The notes beneath the pieces were generated by a model, which did not search any database, had not been told where the DNA came from, and saw nothing but the letters and a program-made list of their open reading frames with translations. A stretch of 64,000 nucleotides of DNA from Epilithonimonas sp. (GTDB lineage: Bacteria; Bacteroidota; Bacteroidia; Flavobacteriales; Weeksellaceae): positions 113,646 through 177,645 of the forward strand of contig NZ_DAMBRK010000002.1 in the NCBI RefSeq assembly GCF_032055105.1, read 5' to 3'. Position numbers and translations under genes: made by a program. Below, piece after piece: positions 47,367 through 54,732 of this stretch (positions are counted from its first letter, which is position 1; every line of letters begins with the position of its first letter).

Positions 47367-47777
47367 TTAGCAATATTCTTCGAAAGCGGCCTGAAGATTC
47401 GCAGCAATAGCGCCTGCAGGGTTACCTTCGATGTGGTGTCTTTCTAACATATGCACCAACTCTCCGTCTTTGAAAAGTGCAACAGCTGGCGAACTTGGTG
47501 GGAATGGCGCTAGTAATTTTCTAGCTTCTGCAACCGCCTCTGTATCAAATCCTGCGAATGCTGTTACCAAATGATCTGGTTTCTTTTCACCTGTCAAAGA
47601 GTAAACAACACCTGGTCTTGCCGCTCCAGCCGCACATCCGCAAACTGAATTGATTACCAATAATGTTGTTCCTGACTGCTTAAGAGCTGCATCAACTTGT
47701 GCTGGTGTTGTAAGGTCTTCAAAACCTTTATCTGTAAGTTCTGCCTTCATTGGCAATACTAAATCTGCTGGATACAT
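47367..47777 (-). CDS. BrxA/BrxB family bacilliredoxin (DUF1094)
   Basis: 136 aa with the CGCAAGAARP redox motif of the YphP/YqiW family. Confidence 0.8.
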   Translation of the reverse strand: MYPADLVLPMKAELTDKGFEDLTTPAQVDAALKQSGTTLLVINSVCGCAAGAARPGVVYSLTGEKKPDHLVTAFAGFDTEAVAEARKLLAPFPPSSPAVALFKDGELVHMLERHHIEGNPAGAIAANLQAAFEEYC

Positions 47778-47810
47778 ATTAAAATATATTTTAGGTTAAT
47801 TCTTGAATTG

Positions 47811-47818
47811 CAAATTTA
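47811..47818 (-). promoter_or_regulatory. Candidate -7 element (TAAATTTG) for the bacilliredoxin gene
   Basis: Minus-strand match 34 nt upstream of the ATG. Confidence 0.35.
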
Positions 47819-47900
47819 ATCAATTATTATTTTGATTATTACATTAATGATTCTATTAAAATTATACCAAAAATCTATTGAGCCAATTTGTCCAGATTTT

Positions 47901-47937
47901 CAAAAACAAAAACCCAAAATCCGAAGACTTTGGGTTT
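47901..47937 (-). terminator. Rho-independent terminator after yqeY
   Basis: The minus strand reads aaacccaaagtcttcggattttgggtttttgttttt. Confidence 0.7.
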
Positions 47938-48032
47938 AATCAAATCGATATGCAAATTTAAGTATATCCAGTTTTTATAATTGATAAAATATAAATGATT
48001 ATCAATTATCCTTTATCAACTATCATTTATAA

Positions 48033-48479
48033 TTAGGAGAGTAACTTCTTAACCATTTCGGAAATACTCTTTCCGTCTGATTTTCCGGCTAATGCTTTGG
48101 AAGCAACGCCCATTACTTTTCCTAAATCTTTTAGAGATTCTGCTCCGGTTTCAGAAATAATTTTTTTGATTTCTGATTCCAGTTCCTCAGCAGACAATTG
48201 TTTCGGAAGAAATTTCTCAATCACTTTGGATTGTGCTTCTTCTACTTCAGCAAGGTCAGTTCTTCCCTGAGCTGTAAATTGGTCATAGGAATCCTTTCTC
48301 TGCTTTATCATTCTTTGCAAAATAGCAATCTCTTGTTCTGCTGTAACTTCAGCGCCTCTTGCTTCGGTTTGCAACAACAGAATCTGCGCTTTCACTGCAC
48401 GAAGAGAATCCAAAGCTACTCTGTCTTTCTCGCGCATTGCGGTTTTTATCGCGTCGCTTATTGTTTGTTCTAAACTCAT
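48033..48479 (-). CDS. GatB/YqeY domain-containing protein
   Basis: 148 aa. The N-terminus (IKTAMREKDRVALDSLRAVKA) is typical of YqeY. Confidence 0.85.
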   Translation of the reverse strand: MSLEQTISDAIKTAMREKDRVALDSLRAVKAQILLLQTEARGAEVTAEQEIAILQRMIKQRKDSYDQFTAQGRTDLAEVEEAQSKVIEKFLPKQLSAEELESEIKKIISETGAESLKDLGKVMGVASKALAGKSDGKSISEMVKKLLS

Positions 48480-48502
48480 AATATTTCAATTTAACAATCT
48501 AA

Positions 48503-48930
48503 AAATTTAACAGTGTAACAATTATATAAACTGCTACATTGTTATATTAATTCTTATTTAGACTTGTACTTAATATTTTGTAAATTATTTTTCCGATTTC
48601 AATTATTTGCTGTGCGAGCTTCTCATCAAAAGGATAGCTTTTGGAATGTTTACACAAGTACAGCCAATATTTTGTTTCTTCAAGTTCCTTTGAGGCAATT
48701 TTTATTTTATGAATAAAATCACTTTTACTTTGTGGATTTTGCGCTTCAAAAGAATTTGAACCAATGCTTGTTCCAGAACGTAATAACTGTTTTGCAATAA
48801 CAAATTTCTTTTTTTCTTCCAATAATTCGCAGAACTTAATAATATCTAAAGAGAAGTTGACTGTTTTTTGAATTAACGGATTATTTTCAAAATTTATCAT
48901 TGTTGTATTAATTGTTACACTGTTAAATTT
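48503..48930 (-). mobile_element. IVS-like cassette: a four-helix-bundle ORF bounded by a perfect 22-bp inverted repeat
   Basis: 48503-48524 (aaatttaacagtgtaacaatta) is the exact reverse complement of 48909-48930. I checked this base by base. No transposase is present, so mobility is inferred only. Confidence 0.5.
48547..48900 (-). CDS. Four-helix-bundle protein of the 23S rRNA intervening-sequence / Avd-like family
   Basis: 117 aa. Pattern LLRSGTSIGSNSFEAQ ... SKSDFIHKIKIASKELEETKYWL is typical of TIGR02436-type proteins. Confidence 0.75.
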   Translation of the reverse strand: MINFENNPLIQKTVNFSLDIIKFCELLEEKKKFVIAKQLLRSGTSIGSNSFEAQNPQSKSDFIHKIKIASKELEETKYWLYLCKHSKSYPFDEKLAQQIIEIGKIIYKILSTSLNKN

Positions 48931-48948
48931 CTACATTACTACATTAAA

Positions 48949-50823
48949 CTAATCTACATCTTTGTTAAGGAAACGGTTTTCTCTCAGTTGCATACTTCCG
49001 TTGTTATCAGACAAATACGTGTTGATATTCTGGTCAGATGCATTAGAACCATCAATGTTGATGTTCTTTCTCTTGAAAGCCGGAACTGTTTCAAAAACAT
49101 TATCATTATCAAATTGTTGATATCTTGAATTGAATTCTTTCAACTTGTTTCTTCTTTCCAAAGCTTTTGAAGCATCAGGTGTTTTATTGAAGAAAGTGAA
49201 TCCGCTTTCAGTTTCCTGAACAGGCTCAGCCTTTTTCTCTTCTACAATTTCTTCCTTAGTTTCCACAGCGAAAGAAAATTGAGTTGGTTCTTCAACTTTT
49301 TCTTCGATAATTTCGTTAACGATTTCTTCTTTAACTTCAGAAATAATCTGCTTTTCGATTACAGGAAAATCTTCTTCAACAGCTGGCTCGTTGATTGTGA
49401 AAGTTACTTCAACCGGCTTTTCTATTTTCTCTTCTTTGAAAGATGCTTTTGGCTTATCCTCCACTTCGAAAGAAAAAGATTGCGCTTCCAAATCTACTTC
49501 TTCATAAGCATCTTCTTCGAAAGTGAAAAGGTTGTATTCTCGTTTATCGTAGTTAGAATTATAATCGTTTGAGAAATCTTGGATTTCCTCGTTTTCGATG
49601 ATTTGAGTTTCGGTTTTAACTTCTTCTACAAGACTTTCTACAACTGAATTAGTTGGAAAGTTTGAAGTTCCAAAATCGTCCTCATCTTCTAATCGAAAAA
49701 AATTCTTTCCCGATTGTACTTCTGGTTTTGCCTCTTGTTGAGCTCTGCTTTTGAAAGGTGATTCTCTGTGAGATGACGGACTTGGTCTATCTTCCAAAGT
49801 ATATTTGATGGTTTCTGTAACTCCAGAATGTTTTTTATCTTCATTAGAAAAACCTGTAGCAATCACCAAAACGCTAACTGCATCTCCTAATTCTTCGTCT
49901 GTTCCAACTCCGAAAATGATGTCTGCCGTATTTCCAGCTTCTTTCTGGATATAATCCATAATCACACCGATTTCGTCCATCGTCACTTCGGAAACACCAC
50001 TTCTAATCAATAGTAGAACGTTTTTCGCTCCAGTGATTTTGTTGTCATTCAATAAAGGAGAATCCAATGCTTTTTTAACAGCTTCTTCCGCTTTTTTCTC
50101 ACCAGTCGCAACACCAGTTGACATCAATGCTGTTCCGGAATTAGCCAAAACAGATTTAGCATCACGGAAGTCAATATTCACATCGAAATAACCTGTAATA
50201 ACTTCTGCCATTCCTTTTGCAGCATTAGTCAAAACTTCATCGGCTTTGGAGAATCCTTGTTTGAAACCTAGATTTCCGAATTGTTGTCTCAATTTATCAT
50301 TATTAATGACAATCAAAGAATCAACATTATTTCTCAATTTTTCCAAACCTAAATTAGCTTGGTCCAATCTTCTTTTTCCTTCAAAACTAAAAGGTACGGT
50401 TACGATTCCTACTGTCAGAATACCCATTTCCTTTGCCACTTTTGCAATCACAGGCGCCGCACCGGTTCCAGTTCCACCGCCCATTCCGGCAGTGATGAAA
50501 ACCATCTTGGTATTTTGTCCCATTGCTGCTTTGATATCGTCGATACTTTCAATCGCCGCTTTTTCTCCAACTTCTGGGTCTGCTCCTGCACCTAGACCTT
50601 CCGTCATCGTTACTCCTAACTGAACTTTATTAGAAACCGGATTGTTATCCAAAGTCTGTGCATCTGTATTACAAATCACGAAATCTACGCCGTAAATCCC
50701 CTTCTCGTACATATGTTTCAAAGCGTTGTTTCCACCGCCCCCAACACCAATTACTTTGATGATGGCAGAATTCCCTTTTGGAAGGTCAAATGAAAATCCC
50801 TGTGTATTAGTTATATTGTCCAT
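48949..50823 (-). CDS. ftsZ: Cell division protein FtsZ with a long acidic C-terminal linker
   Basis: GVGGGGNNA and GGGTGTGAAP tubulin signature. VPAFKRK C-terminal peptide. 624 aa. Confidence 0.95.
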   Translation of the reverse strand: MDNITNTQGFSFDLPKGNSAIIKVIGVGGGGNNALKHMYEKGIYGVDFVICNTDAQTLDNNPVSNKVQLGVTMTEGLGAGADPEVGEKAAIESIDDIKAAMGQNTKMVFITAGMGGGTGTGAAPVIAKVAKEMGILTVGIVTVPFSFEGKRRLDQANLGLEKLRNNVDSLIVINNDKLRQQFGNLGFKQGFSKADEVLTNAAKGMAEVITGYFDVNIDFRDAKSVLANSGTALMSTGVATGEKKAEEAVKKALDSPLLNDNKITGAKNVLLLIRSGVSEVTMDEIGVIMDYIQKEAGNTADIIFGVGTDEELGDAVSVLVIATGFSNEDKKHSGVTETIKYTLEDRPSPSSHRESPFKSRAQQEAKPEVQSGKNFFRLEDEDDFGTSNFPTNSVVESLVEEVKTETQIIENEEIQDFSNDYNSNYDKREYNLFTFEEDAYEEVDLEAQSFSFEVEDKPKASFKEEKIEKPVEVTFTINEPAVEEDFPVIEKQIISEVKEEIVNEIIEEKVEEPTQFSFAVETKEEIVEEKKAEPVQETESGFTFFNKTPDASKALERRNKLKEFNSRYQQFDNDNVFETVPAFKRKNINIDGSNASDQNINTYLSDNNGSMQLRENRFLNKDVD

Positions 50824-50902
50824 TTTATATTTTTTATAATTGATATTTGATGGATGATAATCGATGAAAACCGTTCATCATTTATCATTAATCATTCGTT
50901 TT

Positions 50903-52288
50903 TTACTCTTCTACTTCTTCAAAGAATTTTTTCACTTTATCCATTAGAGACTGTCCGAAAGTTGGTTTGCTTCTTCTGACTTCTTCTTTTGGTTTCGACA
51001 CTTCTTCGATATGCTGAACCGGTTGAGGTCTTTCAACTTCCGCAGTTGGAGTTGGCTGAGAAACGGGCTCTGCTTTTGCCACAACTTCTTCAATAATTTT
51101 TTCCTCTGTTGGAAGAATTCTTTTATCTCGGATTTTGAGGCTTTCCATCAATAAACCAATTGACGTAGCAAATTCTGGTCCTTTCAAATATTGGTTTTTA
51201 TCGTTCGCCACATATTCGTTAGCGAAACCAATTCTGCTGTCGAATCCGGTTGTGTAATTCGCTAATTGACGAAGGTTTCTCAAGTTGGAACCACCGCCTG
51301 TCAAAACGATTCCTGCAATCAGTTTTTTCTTTTGTTCGAATGCGCCGTAAGCTTTCAATTCTGTATTTACCATTTCAAGAATTTCTTCAACTCTTGCATT
51401 GATAATCTGAGCCAAAACCTTCAACGAAATCTCTTTGTCCGGACGACCGTGCAATCCTGGGATTGTTACATATGTGCTGTCTTTTTCCAATTCCGGAACA
51501 GACGAACCGAACTTTACTTTCAGTTGTTCTGCGTGTTTTTCGATGATTGAACATCCTTCCTTAATATCATCAGTGATAATTCCACCTCCGTAAGGAATCA
51601 CGCAAGTATGACGAATGATGTTGTCCTTAAAAATAGCGATATCCGTAGTTCCACCACCAATATCAACAATCGCAACGCCTGCTTCTTTTTCTTCTTTTGT
51701 AAGAACCGCTTCAGACGATGCCAAAGGTTCCAATGTCAATGCTTCCATCTCCAAACCAGCTTCACGAACGCATCTTGCAATGTTTCTGATAGAACCCATC
51801 TGTCCCACAACAACGTGGAAGTTAGCTTCTAATCTTTTGCCGTGCATCCCGATTGGTTCTTGGATTTCGCCTTCAGAATCTACTTTGTATTCCTGAGGCA
51901 AAACGTGGATGATTTCTTCGCCTGGTAACATTACCAATTTCTTTACCTGGTCTTTTAGTTTTTCGATATCATCTTCTGTGATGTATCTATCCGGGTGCTC
52001 TCTCATTATATAATCCGAATGTTGGAGAGAACGGATATGTTTTCCTGCAATTCCTACAGTTACCTTATGGATAGGAACACCGGCGCTGGATTGCGCTTCT
52101 GCAACTGCAGTTTTGATGGAATTGATGGTTTGGGAAATGTTGTTCACAATTCCTTTGTGAACGCCAAGACTTTTAGCCTTCCCAACGCCCAGGATTTCGA
52201 TTTTCCCGTGAGCGTTACGTCTTCCGACAATGGCGACAATCTTAGTTGTCCCAATGTCCAGACCTACTGAATACTCTTGATTTTCCAT
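50903..52288 (-). CDS. ftsA: Cell division protein FtsA
   Basis: Actin-like ATPase motifs (GLDIGTTKIVA, DIGGGTTDIA) and a C-terminal amphipathic helix. Confidence 0.95.
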   Translation of the reverse strand: MENQEYSVGLDIGTTKIVAIVGRRNAHGKIEILGVGKAKSLGVHKGIVNNISQTINSIKTAVAEAQSSAGVPIHKVTVGIAGKHIRSLQHSDYIMREHPDRYITEDDIEKLKDQVKKLVMLPGEEIIHVLPQEYKVDSEGEIQEPIGMHGKRLEANFHVVVGQMGSIRNIARCVREAGLEMEALTLEPLASSEAVLTKEEKEAGVAIVDIGGGTTDIAIFKDNIIRHTCVIPYGGGIITDDIKEGCSIIEKHAEQLKVKFGSSVPELEKDSTYVTIPGLHGRPDKEISLKVLAQIINARVEEILEMVNTELKAYGAFEQKKKLIAGIVLTGGGSNLRNLRQLANYTTGFDSRIGFANEYVANDKNQYLKGPEFATSIGLLMESLKIRDKRILPTEEKIIEEVVAKAEPVSQPTPTAEVERPQPVQHIEEVSKPKEEVRRSKPTFGQSLMDKVKKFFEEVEE

Positions 52289-52309
52289 TATATGCTCGAT
52301 TTGATTTTT

Positions 52310-53257
52310 TTATTCTACTACTACTTTTGCTTTTTTCTTTTTGTCAGAAGACGATTTGGAAGATGTTTCCTTTTTCTTTTCCGAAGTTTTTTTCGGTTCA
52401 GATTTCTTCTCTACTTTTATCGGTTTCGAAGTTTCTTTCTTGGGTTCCGATTTTTTCTCTTCCGTCTTATGACTTTCTACTTCTGACTTTATTTCAATTT
52501 TTGGTGCATTTCTCAGAATACTATCGTTTTCTTTGAAATAAGGATTCAGTGTGGTTACAATCTGATTATTGTATTTAACCGAAATCTTTTTGTACTTATT
52601 CGGATTCTGATAAACCAGATATTTTTCTACAAAAGTTTTAAATCCTTTAACCTTAAAATCAATATTATCTAAATCTCCAATCTCAACTTTGTAATTTCCG
52701 TCGCTTGTCAAAAGATTGTAACCGCCTTTTTCTTTTTTGATTCCGATGAAATATTTTTTACTGAAATCATCTTTATCAATCTTTTCCACCAATTGTCCCA
52801 ATTCCTTATATTCCGAAGCATCAACATCGCCCATTACCAGCATACACGGATAAGAAAAGTTTCTCGAAATCGGGAATTCAACACCTTTTTCGTCCACATA
52901 AAAATCTTTTCCATTTTTACTTAATCTGAAAACCGGAACACGTTGTTTGATATCAACATTCAGATTCCCGTTCAGATTCATATAAACATTCGCACTATCA
53001 ACAAATGGGTTTTCATTAATTTTTTTCTCCAGTTCCGGAATCTTCATATCTCCGATTTTTCTTGTCGGATTGTATTGCTTTACCAAATCTTTGATGTCCT
53101 TCTCATCAATGAAATAGACCGGCGTTTTGCTTTGGTTCATATTGATAGATACATTCTCCATCTTGGCGTTGTTGAAACGCTTCAACGAGAAACTGAGCAG
53201 AAATCCAAAAAGGATAACTGTCACGAGTATCTTCAATATTCTCCACTTATTTTTCAT
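52310..53257 (-). CDS. ftsQ: Cell division protein FtsQ-like with a Lys-rich C-terminal tail
   Basis: Single N-terminal TM segment plus a POTRA-like region. Lies between murC and ftsA. The ATG at 53257 is preferred over the TTG at 53278. Confidence 0.75.
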   Translation of the reverse strand: MKNKWRILKILVTVILFGFLLSFSLKRFNNAKMENVSINMNQSKTPVYFIDEKDIKDLVKQYNPTRKIGDMKIPELEKKINENPFVDSANVYMNLNGNLNVDIKQRVPVFRLSKNGKDFYVDEKGVEFPISRNFSYPCMLVMGDVDASEYKELGQLVEKIDKDDFSKKYFIGIKKEKGGYNLLTSDGNYKVEIGDLDNIDFKVKGFKTFVEKYLVYQNPNKYKKISVKYNNQIVTTLNPYFKENDSILRNAPKIEIKSEVESHKTEEKKSEPKKETSKPIKVEKKSEPKKTSEKKKETSSKSSSDKKKKAKVVVE

Positions 53258-53279
53258 TCTATCTTGTATAAAGTACAAT

Positions 53280-53301
53280 GTATGATGTACAAAGTATTTT
53301 C
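53280..53301 (-). repeat. Intercistronic 22-nt block, copy A (murC-ftsQ spacer)
   Basis: gtatgatgtacaaagtattttc. It matches the copy at 54711-54732 at 20 of 22 positions. Confidence 0.7.
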
Positions 53302-53308
53302 TTAATTT

Positions 53309-54685
53309 TTAATTATTAATTTTTAATTCTAATGTTGGAAGCCATTCCATAATCGCGTCGTAAAGTGTATCAATGTTTCCCGCTCCGACTGTCAATAAAA
53401 TATCAAAGTCTTTTTCTTTTATTTTTTCAAAAGTCTCCTGCAATGTGCAGACTTCTTTGTTTTCTGTTTCAATTTTTTCTGCTAACCAGCTCGAAGTAAT
53501 TCCTTCAAAATTCTCCTGAAGTTCTCTCGCTGGATAAATATCTAACAATAACAAGTCATCTCCTTTTTCCAGACTTTTAGCGAAATCCTCAGCAAAATCT
53601 CTCGTTCTGCTGAAAAGATGAGGTTGAAAAACCACCAGCAATTTCTTAGTTGGATAAAAGGTTTTTATTGAACCAATAACTGCATTCAGTTCTGTTGGAT
53701 GATGTGCATAATCGTCGATATAGATTTTTCCGTTATCGAAAATATGTTTAGTATATCTTCTCTTGATGCCTTTAAAATTGGCGATTGCTTTTTTCAAAGT
53801 ATCGAAATCAACACCCAAATTGCTTAAAATTGCCAACGCAACCGTCGCATTTTCAACATTATGAATCCCCGGAATTTCCCAAACAAAATCTTCAATCTCC
53901 TGCGTTGGAGTATGAAAATCGAAATAGATTTTATCGTGGTCCATTCTCAGATTATCAGAATAAAAATCTGCTTCTTCATTAACAGCATAAGTCTGATGTT
54001 CTCTTCCAATCGCAATTCCTTTTCTGACAAACAGTTGATTGTCATTCGGAACCAAACCTGCAAACTGACGGAAACCATCTTCAATCTGAACTCTGTCTCC
54101 ATAAATATCCAAATGGTCTGCATCAATCGATGTTACAACCGCCCAATCCGGAGAAAGGTTTAGGAAACTTCTGTCGTATTCATCCGCTTCAACCACAGAA
54201 AACTGATTGCCGTTGTAATCAAAATTCGATTTGAAATTCTCAGAAATTCCACCTAAAAATGCAGATGACGGAAGATTAGCTTCTTTGCACAAATGCGCAA
54301 TTAAAGTAGAAGTTGTTGTCTTTCCGTGAGTTCCTGCAACGGCGATACAATCTGTATTCTCGGTAATCAATCCCAACACTTTCGCACGTTTCAGAATCTC
54401 GAAGCTTTCACTTGCGAAATAATCTAGAATTCCGAGTTTCTTAATTGCTGGCGTATAAATAACTAATGTTGATTCTTTATCCAACGCCACAATTTTCTCA
54501 TCAATCACATCTTCAAACGTAATATCAATACCTTCAAAACCGATTTGAGCAGTCAGTTTTGTTGGCGTTTTATCATAACCCAAAACATTTTTGCCGTTAG
54601 CGTGAAAATATCTCGCCAGTGCACTCATCCCAATTCCACCGATTCCGATGAAATAGAAGTTTTGATATTTATTTAAGATGCTCAT
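53309..54685 (-). CDS. murC: UDP-N-acetylmuramate--L-alanine ligase
   Basis: FIGIGGIGMSALA and GTHGKTTT motifs. dcw context. Confidence 0.95.
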   Translation of the reverse strand: MSILNKYQNFYFIGIGGIGMSALARYFHANGKNVLGYDKTPTKLTAQIGFEGIDITFEDVIDEKIVALDKESTLVIYTPAIKKLGILDYFASESFEILKRAKVLGLITENTDCIAVAGTHGKTTTSTLIAHLCKEANLPSSAFLGGISENFKSNFDYNGNQFSVVEADEYDRSFLNLSPDWAVVTSIDADHLDIYGDRVQIEDGFRQFAGLVPNDNQLFVRKGIAIGREHQTYAVNEEADFYSDNLRMDHDKIYFDFHTPTQEIEDFVWEIPGIHNVENATVALAILSNLGVDFDTLKKAIANFKGIKRRYTKHIFDNGKIYIDDYAHHPTELNAVIGSIKTFYPTKKLLVVFQPHLFSRTRDFAEDFAKSLEKGDDLLLLDIYPARELQENFEGITSSWLAEKIETENKEVCTLQETFEKIKEKDFDILLTVGAGNIDTLYDAIMEWLPTLELKINN

Positions 54686-54710
54686 TTTCTTTATTGTATT
54701 AATGTAAAAA

Positions 54711-54732
54711 GTATGATGTACAATGTACTTTC
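54711..54732 (-). repeat. Intercistronic 22-nt block, copy B (murG-murC spacer)
   Basis: gtatgatgtacaatgtactttc. It matches the copy at 53280-53301 at 20 of 22 positions and abuts the murG stop codon. Confidence 0.7.

Noticed and set aside
47953-47960. A second TAAATTTG box on the minus strand, about 15 nt upstream of the yqeY terminator hairpin. It could in principle give a tiny transcript consisting of the hairpin alone.
   Set aside because: There is no supporting -33 element or ORF. A single octamer match in AT-rich DNA is weak evidence, and the hairpin is adequately explained as the yqeY terminator.
48547-48900. Diversity-generating retroelement, suggested by the Avd-like four-helix-bundle ORF.
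   Set aside because: No reverse transcriptase ORF, template/variable repeat pair or target gene is present anywhere in the window. Only the stand-alone ORF with its flanking repeats is supported.
52246-52536. Plus-strand ORFs (96 aa and 69 aa) rich in Phe and Leu, opposite the ftsQ 3' end.
   Set aside because: They are the antisense reading of the Lys/Glu-rich (AAA/GAA) FtsQ tail, which is a compositional artefact.
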